Source of the DNA: Octopus sinensis
Lineage: Eukaryota
Assembly: GCF_006345805.1 (NCBI RefSeq)
Contig: NC_043000.1
Span: 34,596,001-34,660,000, forward strand
DNA: 64,000 bases
Direction of reading: 5' to 3'
Both the position numbers and the translations under genes were made by a program. Positions 50,693 to 64,000 of this stretch are shown in pieces (position 1 is the stretch's first letter; the number at the start of each line of letters is the position of its first letter). The notes beneath the pieces are model-generated. The model saw only the letters and a program-made list of their open reading frames with translations, was not told the DNA's origin and ran no database searches.

Positions 50693-52197
50693 CTGTCAAA
50701 GAGAGAAAGACGGTGAATGTTAGAGAAATATCCTGAACTTAGTCATTAAGTTTCTAATTAGAGAATGGAGAATTAACAAACAAATGAATACATAAAGCAA
50801 GAGATGGAGATATTATGAAACAGCATTCAAAATGTTGGCAGAGGTAAAAACAATTAGAAAATATATTAATCCACCTCAAGTGATAGGTGTTATTTTGAGG
50901 TGTGTGTTATTTTTGGGAAGAGCAACAAAATGACTGGTGAGTTAATAAAATTTTCTGAAGTTTATTTTTAATAATCTTAAACATGAAAGACCACAACAAT
51001 ACTCAGAGTATCAGTAGATATTAGTCATTTATAAATTCATAGCCTTCCTAAAGATCTATAGAATGTGAAGGTGTTACAAAATCAAAAGTGGAGTGCTGTA
51101 AGAACACAGCAACACTTCCAAATAACCAGATCTGAATTCCTGAGTATGGCTACAGCATGTTTATACAGAGAACAATATCTTTTTAATGTTCAAAAATTTC
51201 TATATATGTCACATCATTATTTACACATCAACAGCAAATAATGTCTTGGAATTTCTGTAGAATAGATTCTGGCAACAGGTGTCTGACAATATCCATCTAA
51301 AATATAGAATCTAGTTTGGTCAGGAGTCCCAGAAGTTCTTCGGTTTGGTCAGACAACAAGACATGGCACATGTATCCTACAAAAGTGATGCCCTATATCT
51401 ACACATCCACCATTTCTTAGTGAGATTAGACACATGAGCTGGGTTTATGTCCTCAACAGGTTCACAGCACACCAAGATCTTCAATGACATTCAACTGATA
51501 AATGGTGTCACCTCACACAGGGACAAGGCCTGAAATTTTTGGGGAAGGACAAGTCAATTACATTGACCCCCAGTATTTCACTAGTGCTTATTACTTCAAC
51601 CCTGAAAGGATGAAAGGCAAAGCCAGACTCAATGACGTTTAAAACTTAAAGTGTAAAGATGGACAAAATGCTTTGCAGCATTTTGTCCAGAGTGATAATG
51701 GTTCTGCAAAAGTGAATACATGTGTGTGTGTGTTGCTTTAGAAAGCCATGTATGGAGATATATAGTGTACTGTTCTGTGATGGTAAGATTTAAAAAAATA
51801 TACTCCATCTGGTGAGAGATAAATATTATTTAATAAACACAATATGTGTTTTTATGTGCTACTGTTAGTTTCATGTGATGTGAACATGTCAAGCAGTATT
51901 TTTTGATATGTCTGGGGTCTTAGCTCAATCTTCAGGCACTGCCCACATAGCATAACAAACTAACAATGGGATGATAGGATGAGAGAAAAAGCAAGAAAAG
52001 GCAAGAAAGAAGTAGATATAAAAGGTGGAAGGTTGAAAACCCAGAGGGGTGGTGGAGAATTAGAGTTATTGCCCCCTTTGACTATAAAATATAAGGCTGA
52101 AAAGATAGTGGCATAGAGTCTGTGGTACAGCTCTTCAATTCGGAGAGGGTGGCACTTTCCAATTCATCAACAGGAACTTAGCCATATGCTTACAATA

Positions 52198-53440
52198 CAG
52201 GATGCTTGGGCTAAATTCGATAATTTGAATAAGAGAAGAAACTACAATATCCCATCCAGAAATAAAAAAGTATTTTGAAAAATCAAAAAACATCAACTTG
52301 ACTATGGCTGGGATGTAACAGTTACTCAGAGTAGCTGCCCTCAGCTGCCACCATGGCCTCAAGACCCCAGAACCTGGTGTATGTATTCCTCACTGTGTCC
52401 CAGGAGAGATCTTCAAACACCTTCTTGATCTTAGTCACCAGTTTGGCCAATAGAATAGTTGCAGTCTTTCTCAACCGTGTCCACATATAATAACCCAATG
52501 GATAACAAGCAAGAGAATTAGGAGGCCAGAATTTGGGGCTGGTAAAGTTGTAGAAATTTTCTGACAACTCCTTCAGGAGGCATATATAGCAAGAAGCTGA
52601 ATCCTGCTATCGTGCATACGGTTTTGTAGCTGCAATCCCCTCCAGCTGGGAACTGACCACACTCTCCAGCCATTTGAATTGCACTTAACACCCTGTTCAA
52701 AGATGTGGGGCAGCATGATGTCACCCTCCCAGGAGACACACACAGAGACACTTTGAAGAAACTTGGCTTTCATGATACATGGGACATCACATACATAGTT
52801 TTGGTTGTTGTCTGACTGGTTTTGGCAGTTCTTTTCATCTGCAAAGAACCAGACCATCCCTAGATCAACAGGATTCCTCAGCTTGCTCAAGGGCTTCTTT
52901 GCTTTCGTCAAGCAGTTCTCCTTGGCCCCAGTTATCAGAATTTGTCCTTGTACCTCTTGTATGAATAGTAGCAAAGGTCCTTATTCAAGACTGGCTTCAT
53001 GGTGGCAACTCTAACACCTATCTCTATCACCTAAGTCCGAATTCCATTGCTTTTGGGTCTTCCATCACCTTATTGTTGGATGAATTCTGGTATGTGGATA
53101 CAGTCAGAATGCCTGCTGTGTCCCTTCCTGCTGGCCACAGCTTTGTAGTCTCAGTTGCAGCTGTCCATGTCATCTCTTCAAGCCTTTACAATGTTCACAG
53201 AGCATTGAGCAGCAGTCATGGTGTCAGCATTTTGATACTCAGAGCAAATCATCATGACACAGGTGACTGTCTTCCAATATTCAGATGACTTCCAGTCCTC
53301 CAGGTCAGCTAACCCTAAACCAACTACAACTTCTCAATGTTCAGGCTCTCCAATGCCATTAACTGTTCACCAATACATCAAGCTCTTCCTAAAAAGGGAA
53401 ATGCGTGTTGTTAGTTTGTGGGTCAGATTGGTTTTTAGGT
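52198..53440 (-). mobile_element. Degraded maT-like (DD37D-type) Tc1/mariner transposon
   Basis: LTKAKKPLSKL..WFFADEKN..VSWEGDIMLPHIF..QDSA..FWPPNS..PLGYYMW..LEAMVAAEGSYSE; many frameshifts; only one putative TIR seen (about 52198). Confidence 0.8.
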
Positions 53441-53999
53441 GTAAGAGAATATATTCTCTAAGCACCTGGTGTACAAAACACCTGAAAGTAAGTCAGAGTC
53501 AAGCGAGACAACTTACATCAAGTCCTTTCTCAGAGTGACAGACATCAAAGTTTCATCACTGTTTTGACATGTATAAATATATATTCTTGTATTATTTTAT
53601 TTGTTTCAGTCATTTGACTGTGGCCATGCTGGAGCACCACCTTTAGTCGAACAAATCGACCCTACAATTTATTCTTTGTAAACCTAGTACTTATTCTATC
53701 GGTCTCTTTGCTGAACCGCTAAGTTACAGGGACATAAACACACCAGCATCAGTTTTCAAGCAATGGTGGGGGGACAAACACAGACACACACATATATACA
53801 TATATATATATATATATATACTACAGGCTTCTTTCAGTTTCCATCTACCAAATTCACTCACAAGGCTTTGCTTGGCTCGAGGCTATAGAAGACACTTGTC
53901 CAAGGTGCCATGCAGTGGGACTGAACCTGGAACCATGTGGTTGGTAAGCAAGCTACTTACCACACAACCAAATATATATATATATATATATATACATAT

Positions 54000-55300
54000 C
54001 ATCATCATCATCCTTTAATGTTCGCTTTCCATGCTGGGGGTGGGGGGTTGGACAGTTTGACTGAGGACTGTTGAGCCAGATGGCTGCACCAGGCTCCAAT
54101 CTGATCTGGCAGAGTTTCTACAGCTGGATGCCCTTCCTAACGCCAACCACTCCGAGAGTGTAGTGGGTGCTTTTGCGTGCCACTGGCATGAGGGCCAGTC
54201 AGGTGGTACTAGCCACGGCCATGCTCAAATGGTGTTTTTACATGCCACCAGCACAGGAGCCAGTCCAGTGGCACTGGCAATGACCTCGCTCGAATGTTGT
54301 TTTCATGTGCTACTGGCACAAATGCCAGGAAGGCATCACTGGTAACGATCATGCTCAAATGGTGCATTTTACATGTCACTGGCATGGGAGCCAGTCAGTG
54401 GCCCTGGCAATGATCACACTTGATGGTGCTTTTAGCGTTCTACTGGCACAGATGCCAATCATGTGATGCTGTCATTGAATTTGATTTTGATTTCGATTTC
54501 ACTTGCCTCAACAGGTCTTCGCAAGCATAGTTTAGTGTCCAATGAAGGAAAGGTACGCATAAGTGGGCTGGTTATACCACTGGCATAGGCCATGAGGTTA
54601 TGGTCTCACTTGGCTTGCCGGGACTTCCAAAGGTCTAGGTCACTAGTCATTGCCTCGGTGAGGCTTAATGTTCAAAGGTCGTGCTTCACCACCTCATCCC
54701 AGGTCTTCCTGCGTCAACCTCTTCCACAGGTTCCCTCAACCGTTAGGGTGAGACACTTTTTCGCCCAGCTATCATCACTTAACATCCATTGTCCATGCTG
54801 GCATGGCTTCGATGGTTTGACCACGGCTGGCAAACTGGAAGGTTGCACAAGACTCCAGTCTGATTCGGCATGGTTTCTATGGCTGGATGCCCTTCTTAAT
54901 GCCAACCACTCTGAGAGTGTAATGGGTGCTTTTACATGACACTGACACAGGTGCCATTTGCGTGACATCAGTATCTGCCACGATTGTGATTTTACTTGTC
55001 TTGATGGGTCTTCTTCTCAAGCACAACATAATACCAAGGTCTCTGTCATATTTATCATTGTCTCCACAAGGCTCAACACTTAAAAGGTGCTTTTTATGTG
55101 CCAGGTACATGACACCAGCATCGACCACAACTATGATTTCACTTGGTTTGAAGGGTCTTCTTCTCAAGCACAGCATATCGCTGAAGGTCTTGGTCACTAG
55201 TCATTGCCTTTGTGAGGTTCAAAGTTCAAAGATCATGCTTCACCACCTCATCCCATGTCTTTCTGGGTCTGCCTATACCACAGGTTTCTTCCACAGTTAG
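54000..55300 (-). mobile_element. Two nested RTE LINE 3' fragments (ORF end + 3' UTR + GAT tail)
   Basis: LTVEGTCGRGRRRKTWDEVVKHDL..TEAMTSD at about 54640-54770 and a similar end at about 55180-55300, followed by the common UTR. Confidence 0.85.
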
Positions 55301-55396
55301 AGGTCAGTACTACTTTATGCAGCTGTCCTAGTCCATGCACATTACATGACCATATCAGCACAGTCGTCTCTCTTTCACACCACATCTGATGCCTTT

Positions 55397-55465
<69 letters not shown>

Positions 55466-55529
55466 GCGAAGATAGATCGCTAGTCACTAAACCTTTTTCT
55501 ATTTTCTCTCCTTGTTTATTTCTGTGTTC

Positions 55530-55565
55530 CTTTCTGTTGAAGAGTGTAGGCTTGAAACGTAAAAG
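55530..55565 (+). ncRNA. Hammerhead-like motif, family 3 (A6-to-U core variant)
   Basis: cttt-CTGTTGA-a-gagt[gtag]gctt-GAAA-cgta/aaag; stem II wobbles are consistent with CpG decay of gagc/gctc. Confidence 0.55.
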
Positions 55566-55899
55566 ACTTTCTCACTTCCCAAGCGTTAAACTAATACATC
55601 TGTTTATTGTTTACACACCCGTCTTCGTCTTTTGTTGTTTTTTTTTGTAAATTCTCACTATATATATATATATATATCATCATCATCATCATCATTATCG
55701 TTTAACATCCGCTTTCCATGCTGTCATGGGTTGGATGGCTTGACCGGGGTCTGAGAAGCCAGAAGGCTGCACCAGACTCCAGTCTGATCTGGCAGTGTTT
55801 CTAAAGCTGGATGCCCTTCCTAACACCAATCACTCTGTGAGTGTAGTGGGTGCTTTTTATGTACCACCAGCACAGGGGTAATAGGAGGCTGGCAACTGA

Positions 55900-56835
55900 A
55901 CTACAAAAGAAACGTTGCACTGTAAAAGATTATTTGTTTCACGTATGATATTGAGATTATATGGACTTTATGAGATTTCTAGGTAATTTGACATCAGGAA
56001 GATGTCACCGATGCACAACACCACTCTCTTGAAAACACAAAGATTGCATGTAGGGTTCGAACTCACTTTTTATGAACATGGTAATGCTTGAAAACGCATC
56101 TTTGTGAAAAGCATGATGCACATGCAAAGCGCTGACACAATGGGTATAAAAGGCACCCAAATTTACCAACCTGTCATTTGTCCCCTGAACAGAGCTAGCA
56201 TGCAAAGACTGACATGAAATTAGAGGGAGTAAGCCACTGGACGTTTGCATGCTGGTCAACATCCATGGGTCATTGCTAATGACTTGAACAGAGTCAAATG
56301 AGTGGCTAAGGGAATGATACAATGCCACAAACAGTACAGATGATCATCCACATAGTGGCCGACCAAGGGTTACAACGGCATGTCAAGATCACCACCTGCA
56401 CTGACAGCACTTGCAGGACCAATTCCAGAGGGCAATGGAATCAGCTAGGCAGACCATAGGGACTCACCACAGACCCATTTATGCAGAGACAGTTCACTGC
56501 CAGCTGAAATCTTTCAATCTGTCTTGTTGATGTCCAGTTAGGGGCCCTTTCCTCACAGATGGACACGATGAGCCACATCCTTATGATGTCATCAATGGGT
56601 ACATCTGCAGTGGGCTCAAAAACGTCAGAACTGGTGATATCAGCAGTGGAAGACTGTAATCTTCTCTGACAAAAGTTGATATTGCATTTTTGCATTTCTA
56701 TGGCAGATGGCAGAACTAGGGCTTGGAGAAGAAGGGGTGAACGTCATGACAGTGGCTGTGTGGTGGAGAGAGATTCACAGGGAGGACAGAACATCATGGT
56801 ATGGGGTGGGATTGCACTCAACCAGAAACTAGTCT
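55900..56835 (+). mobile_element. Tc1-family transposon 5' portion, truncated by an RTE fragment
   Basis: MQRLT..ATGRLHAG (HTH start), DDHPHSGRPRVTT, VIFSD, FCISMADGRTRAWRRRGER..GGQNIMVWGGI. Confidence 0.8.
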
Positions 56836-57609
56836 TCCAAAGCACCCACTACACTCTTGCAGTGGTTGGCATTAGGAAGAGCATCCAACTGTAGAAATCT
56901 TGCCAAATCAGATTGGAGCCTGGTATAGCCTCCCAGCTTGCAAGTCCTCAGTCAAGCTGTCCAACCCATGCCAGCATGGAAAGTAGACATTAAACGTCGA
57001 CAATGATGGTGATAATTTACCTACAACTTTGAGTTAGATCTTCGGAATTAATATGTTCCACATTTCCCCTCAAACTAAAACTCACAACATTCATATCTTC
57101 TTAAAACCCCTTAAATCAACCCTACTCAACCCTTCAACATATAATAAAACACATCAGTGTTTTCGAGCTTTTAACAAGGTCCCAATAATACTGTATGTTT
57201 AACTTCCTGTATGTCTTCTTCTCCCCACCCTCTTTATCTTTCTCGTCCAATTCCAGTGCCTTCTTTCCACAAGACGTAAAACAACAGCCAGCCACACACA
57301 CACACACACACACACATACACACACACACGAAACAAGCTTTGCTTAATGGTCAGCTTCAGCCATCACTACACAGAAAAGACGTGGTGACTAATTTGGGAT
57401 AAAAGTAAAAATCTAACTTCATGGCTGAATAACTGATGTTAGAAAAATCAATCAAGTGTAAAATAATTGCCCGAACAATTCATTCTAATGTCATCCGACA
57501 CATACCTTGATGTAAACTTGTTATTAAAAAGGAAAAATATTCAGGCAGCAGATGAACACCTGCTTCGGCTTTTGTACAGGAATAAATAAATAAATAAATA
57601 AATATCAAT

Positions 57610-57753
57610 CTCTATGTGTGTATGTATGTGTGTGTGTATGTGTGTGTGTATACGTGTGTATATATATATATACATACACGTACTCATACACGCATGTATA
57701 AAAACACACATAAACATATATATGTATAGATAAACATAATTACACACACATAC

Positions 57754-57796
<43 letters not shown>

Positions 57797-57870
57797 TATA
57801 TATAATGTGTATAAATATGCATATATACAGACATACATAAATTGTATGTGTGTGTGTGTGTGTGTGTGTG
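57610..57870. repeat. TA/CA microsatellite block
   Basis: Visible dinucleotide runs. Confidence 0.9.
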
Positions 57871-60800
57871 TTAATATAGATGTATTTGGAGACCGTGAGA
57901 AGTGTGAGTACATGCATAATAAAAATTAAACAATTATTTGATAAATGCTCGATGTAGTGAGACTGAAGAATTAGATTATGGTATTGAGTGCAGGTGAGAG
58001 GTAGGCAGACACTGGAAGAATATTAAGCAAAAAAAAGAGCAATAGTGTGTGAAGAAGAGGAAGAGGAGGTAATTTTGGTGTGCATCTGTAGAATCTGTAC
58101 ACATGTTTTATATAGAAAACAGATATAAACGCAGATTGGATTGATGTGCTAGGTAAAAACACAGTTAGAAATGGATAGTTGGCAAGAAAATGATAGAGAG
58201 GATGGGAGAAATCTTCCCAATCAATCAATCAATTTATTGATCAGTCTGTATGAAATGTCACAATGATAATGGAAACAAGATCACAGAAAATAATAAAGAT
58301 AGCGATAAAAGAGCATAGATGGACATTGAAAATGGTGAGGGAGGCAGAAGAAATTCTTATAAAAGAGGAAAAGAAAATTTTATATTTTTCTTTCATTGTA
58401 GAGAAATTGTAGGTATTGTTTCATTGAAGACAGCCATCTAATTTTATCTTGTAGCTGTGTCCGGCAGAAATATGCACATTTCGGTAGATAAACTGGCATA
58501 TTCTAATCAGAGAAAGAAACAAGGAAGCTAAGCCAAAGAACATTGCTGCTATTGATTTAAAGTACAAGACATTTTATTGATTTTGAGATTTTGTTTCTTT
58601 GATTGTGAAATCAAGAATTTATTTAGGAGAGGAGGGAGAAAGAAAATTGAAAAAAAAAAAGAAGAAAAAATGAAATAAAAGAAACATATTTATTTACATA
58701 TTTCTAAACGTCTGTTTATTAATGATGGGGTATGGTGGCGAGGTATTTCATTATTTTCATGTCATGTTCAATCTAATTGTAGTTTTTCATTTGTGAAGGG
58801 GGAAGCATGAAGACTGCTTCCAGACATCATATTTTGGAAATAAAATAAAATTAGTTGAAAACAGATTTTGGACAATCGCTTTAACTTTCTAAATAAATAA
58901 GAACATAAAGAGAAACAAAACAAAGAAAAAGAATTTTCATGCAAGCTTTTAAGATCAAAATAATTGTGGTAACATTTGTTGTTATTGCTGGTTGTTTAAT
59001 ATATCAGGGGAAGGTCATTGTCCAGAACCAGTTGGTCCCTGTTGGATGAGAAAGGTGTGGGGAGGCATGAAGCTAATTGATGAGCTTAAAGGGTATGTTG
59101 GATTATATTGTATTGAGGGTATAGGGTATTGTGATGAAACGCTGTACAGAAGGAATAACACAGTATGGTAATGGCTTTGGGATTGAAGGTCTTTCATAGA
59201 GAAATGGCTTATTAAAGGGTGTGTGGATGATGATGATGGTAGCAATCAGAAGAGAATTAGATGTGAGAGAAATATTTTGCAGATAGATAAGACATGTAGT
59301 GGGTTCAGATCTCAAATGCAGACCAAAATATTAGTCCTTACTTTCGAACAGAACACTCATTCCTCTTACCATTGCACATTTTGAATTAAATGCTTACAAA
59401 AGTCAATACTGCTGTTTATCATTTAAATAATCACTGGTAATGTATTGGTGGCGTTTATTCAACCAACATCACCCTCTGTATGTCTTGTCCAAAAGGAACC
59501 AATAATCTATTTTATTTAGTCTGGGTTTGATAATTCTGCAAATTCAGACGTTTTCATCAGTACTTAATTGAAGAACTGCTGGAAGTAAGTGATATTTATT
59601 AGCACCAGATTTTATAGAGAAGTTCTCCAGTGTAAGGAATGTCTGACCTTCAAGTGAGACGAAGAAACTTTCTATTCAAGGATGATGTGTTTATTGCCTT
59701 TCTCTTGGGGAACCACTTCTCTGTTATGAAGGAGAATCATGCAGAAATCATCCCTTAATTGGACAGTGATGTTACATCACATACAACAAAAGAAAGCAAC
59801 AGTTTGAAGGCGACAGTGAGTTCGAGAATCTTGGGATAGAAGGGAAGTTTAGGGAAGAGGCATTAATGTTTGTGAAGGGGTGCTGGAAGAATACAGAAAG
59901 CCATTACTGGCTGAGAGATGGTATTACCCATCTGCTCTCTTATAAAGAAAAGGAACAAAATCTAATTCTTTAGGGATAAATATCAATTAAAGAAAACGAT
60001 TTTAGAAGTTTGTATTTATTTAAGCAAAAGCCAGGCAACTCACAAATATTTTGGTGGAAACAAAATTTTGAGTAGTTGAAAGGTAGTTTGTAAATAAGGA
60101 ATGCTATCTCAACTGGGTACATTCATGATAAGGATCATCTTTGTAAAATGTCCTCTTTGCTTGTGTTGGTAGCAGCATGTTGCCAAGAACATTTAGACTA
60201 AATAATAACAGACCATTAGCCAACGCCACTAATCTGATACTACCAAACTGTACACAAGCAAACACGCACACATACACACACATAGACACACACAGGTTTC
60301 CAGTGAAAAGCAAATACTTAAATACTCAAATACTAAATTAATAAAAGATATTTACATTAAGAAAGAAAAACTTATTAAGGAGGAAGAAATGAATGTATAT
60401 GTGTATATGTATACAGATAGCTAAATATAAACACATACACACACTTTCTATGGAAGCTTATATTTCTACATACATATAAGCACATTTATGCGTGTACCCC
60501 ACCCCACACACACACATATACATACATGCTCCTCTATGTCTATGTTGCACATGCCTGTATAGTGTGTATAAAGTTCATGCATAGTTAAAAAGAGAAAGAT
60601 ACACAGAAATACATGTATAACACACACACACACATGCATCACATGCGTACACACATACATGCATCACACTACACACACACACATACAAATACATGCAGAT
60701 ATTATTCATGCTACCATCTGAATGGTCATGTAAGCATGAAACTTAAGTAACCGTACACGTCTCCAGCTGAATAAATATAACTATACTCCAGACAATGTAT

Positions 60801-61219
60801 TGAGTACTTTGTACTCTTGTGTAATAACAGCAATGATTGCACACACACACACACACATACACACACATGTATGATTATGAATATAATAGCTAAAGTCCAA
60901 GGAATGGTCAGTGTGTTGATGGAAAGGGGTTAACTGTAATGCTGGTTCTTCATTACAGCAGTGTAAGGGATGGAACAAAGCTTGTTGTTTTGCTGTTTCT
61001 GTGGATCTCACTATCAAAGTTGGTTGGTTACTGCAAACATACAGTGACCAAGGCAACCACCACCACCACCGCTGCTACAACCATCGTCATCGCCGTCATG
61101 TATGCGAGGAGTTAGTAGTAGTGCTGCTGAGTCACTGTTTACACTAGCGCTGGCACACAAACTACAGCAAATGGGGCTATTTGTAAACAATGAGTCATGC
61201 CAAGCACATTGAACAAAAG

Positions 61220-61934
61220 ACACCTTGAGCAACAACAACAACAACAGTAAACAACAAATTCTGCATCAATACTAATGCTATCATGAATAATAATAATAAT
61301 AACAATAATAATAATAATAATAATAATGATAATAATAATGATAATAATAAATAAGTAAATAAATAATGACAACAAAAAGCAGAACAGCAGCAGTAATGGC
61401 AGAAAGAGTAAAACAACAACAACAACAACTGCTGGGAAAACAAAACTGAATGTGGAAAAGCAGGAAGAAGGAAAAACATCAAAAAAAAAAGAAATGAGTA
61501 ATAAATAAATAAAAACAACAGCACAAAAAATGAAATCATCATCATCATCATCATCATGTCTTTCATAATCATCATCATCATCACCATAACTATCACTACA
61601 CTCTCATCGTCATCATCATCACAACACTGTCATCACCATCATCCTCATCACCATCATCACCGCCACCCCTACTATTGCCATCGTGACCACCACTACATCA
61701 TTGTCTTGTTGTTTGCCCAGTAGATTCAATGCTGCAATTCCAGCTGAAGACTAAAAGACTTCGGTTGGAACCGACTCAAGATTCAGAAGAGAACTTGAGC
61801 ACAAAGACTGTGCCTCATTGGGTTGCATTGTGCCTTGGACAAGTTTACCTCGGACTGGAGAAGGATTTTATACAGAAAGCAATTGCTCCATTGGAACAAT
61901 CGCTACAACATCATTGTCATCACCATCATCATGG

Positions 61935-61967
<33 letters not shown>

Positions 61968-62331
61968 TCACCAGTACTACCACAACCATAACCACTGCTG
62001 TCATCATCATCATCGTTACCATCATCATCATCAGCAAAAATAACAACAATTAAAACAATAATTACATCAAATAACAAAAACGACAATAATAATAAAGAAA
62101 GCAATATTAAGAACAACAATGACTCGGTAGAGCGGAGTGGTGGTAGGAGGAGTGAGAGGACAACAAAAACATGAAAAATTAAAGACAATATCAGCAACAA
62201 CAACAACAACAATTCAGAACAAAAAATCCAGAACTGTTTAAATTTATACAAAATAATCTCAGCTCAACCTCCTTCCACACCTCACATATAATTCCTCCTC
62301 CTCCTCCTGTCACCAATCTCTCTCTCTCTCC

Positions 62332-62363
<32 letters not shown>

Positions 62364-62506
62364 ACAATCTCCATTAAAGCTAGGGTCTGCAGAAGTGTAT
62401 GGTTAGGGGATGTGTGTGTGTGCGTAAGGGGGGATTTCACTTGGGTACAAGAGTCGATGCTGTATGTGTGTGTGTGTTGTGTGTGTGTGTGTATACATGT
62501 GCATGC

Positions 62507-62538
<32 letters not shown>

Positions 62539-62580
62539 ATACATGTGCATGCGTGTATATGTGTGTGTGTGTGTGTGTGT
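61220..62580. repeat. Mosaic of AAT/AAC/CAT/CAC trinucleotide runs followed by CT/CA/GT dinucleotide runs
   Basis: Visible simple repeats; source of poly-H, poly-M and poly-L ORFs. Confidence 0.9.
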
Positions 62581-64000
62581 GGGATGGACAAATATGGCGA
62601 TGTTTTGTGTCTAAACAACAGCAGGAAAGTTGGGCAAAAGCAAAACAAACATTTGTGTCTTCATCAGTCCACCACCACCCCCACCCCACCCCATTATCCA
62701 CCCTAGTTTTGTTTGGTTTCTACACTTTGTTTTCTTTTGGTGCAGAGGTGGTGTGGATGGGTGGGTGGGGGTGGGTGGGGAGTAGGTTTTGTTTGTTTGT
62801 TTTTTTTTGTTCTTCTTTTTTGGCTAACATGGCAGCTTGAACTAAAGACAACAGAAGACTTGACAGGGGTGGTGGTGGTGGTGGGGACAGAACACTGGGG
62901 GAATTGTGACATAGGAAGTAACGATGATGATGATGATGATGATGATGATGATAATGATGATGATATTAATGATAATAACTGTACAGATGATCATATGATG
63001 CTGTTGCTGATGATGGTGGTGATGTTCATATATATGATTGTATGTTGATGATGATGATAACAACTGAAACAACAAAAGCAAAGAAAAAAAAAGAATGTGG
63101 ACTTCATCTTAACACTCACTTTTTAAGGACCCACCCCACCCCACCCCATATAGTAAATATAACATACACATAGGTTGCTATGTGTACACACATACATACA
63201 CACACACAGGTGAAATAAACATCAGAGATACTTAGCCCCATGCAGAAACTGCAGGAGCTACTCAGAGGTTTTGCAAACTCTTCTAAATTCATTGCAATGC
63301 TGGAAATTCTTCCATATTGATAGCAGCTATCTCAGTGTTACAAGCGTTTTGCCCTTTAGCCTGTATGCTTCACCTGAGTGGGGCATTGAGGACGACTGAG
63401 CTAGCCTTCACCTACAGACCATTTCAACTCACCATCTCTAATCAACAATAGCCATCTTGAGCTGTCATGTCTATTTCCTTCATGCCTTTCTTCAGTTGTC
63501 CAGTTTCTAGGAATATCTTCTGCAGGAAATAATACCATGATCTACATGGAAAACCATGGCAACCAACTTCAATTGGGAATATATAACATAAATGTCAATT
63601 TCAATGTCTAAATTTCCAGATCCTTCAATCAACTGGATGGTCCTTTGTTACTGAACAAAGAGCTAATTGGTTGAGGACTCCGAAGACCCATGGACCTCTT
63701 AATGTAATTCTCAAACAGAACCAACGCAACGCTGACAAACTACAGTCCATAGGATGGCTTGCTACACAGTTTCTATTTATCCAAACTTGTAGACAAAGCT
63801 TGGGCCAACCTGAGCTTATGATAAAGGTACTTACCCAAGATGTAATGCAGTGAGATTGAACCTGGGATCTCATGATTGCAAAGGGAACTTCTTAAACATT
63901 CAGCCATGTTTGCATTCATATCCTCATCACTGTTATCGTCATTGTTGTCATAATATTAACTTCTGTCTCCCAAGCTCGCATACATACGTCAGATAAAACT

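Noticed and set aside
60104-60313. ORF with LANGLLLF resembling SAMTOR LNGLLLII
   Set aside because: Lies upstream of the N-terminal exon, so the order is wrong; no flanking motifs; chance match.
61729-62043. His-rich 104-aa ORF
   Set aside because: The His tract is a CAT/CAC microsatellite; the unique part has no recognisable homology or splice support.
62750-62790. G-quadruplex-forming run
   Set aside because: Ordinary GGGT simple repeat, common in this kind of genome; no supporting context.

Overview
AT-rich, microsatellite- and transposon-dominated animal genomic DNA. The SINE/LINE repertoire looks like an octopod cephalopod (Octopus sp.; inferred from recalled repeat families, species not determinable). 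Only one host coding exon is recognisable: an internal minus-strand exon (50353-50692) of SAMTOR/BMT2/C7orf60, the SAM sensor upstream of mTORC1. The rest is intronic/intergenic: tRNA-derived SINEs, RTE, CR1/L2-type and R4-type LINE remnants, mariner/Tc1/maT and piggyBac-type DNA elements, two minisatellites and many simple repeats. Most ORFs in the supplied track are repeat artefacts. The standout signal is a dense set of minimal type-I hammerhead ribozyme (HHR) motifs: about 13 copies in 4 sequence families in 64 kb, tied to Penelope-like elements (PLEs) and repeatedly arranged as head-to-head palindromes. The commonest family fuses a tRNA-like Pol III A/B-box head, an (AAT)n tract and an HHR directly behind the PLE GIY-YIG stop codon, and inserts as inverted pairs flanked by 8-13 bp target-site duplications. 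One pair lies 226 nt from the SAMTOR exon donor. All structures were folded by eye, no database searches were possible, ribozyme activity is untested, and boundaries of degraded elements are approximate.
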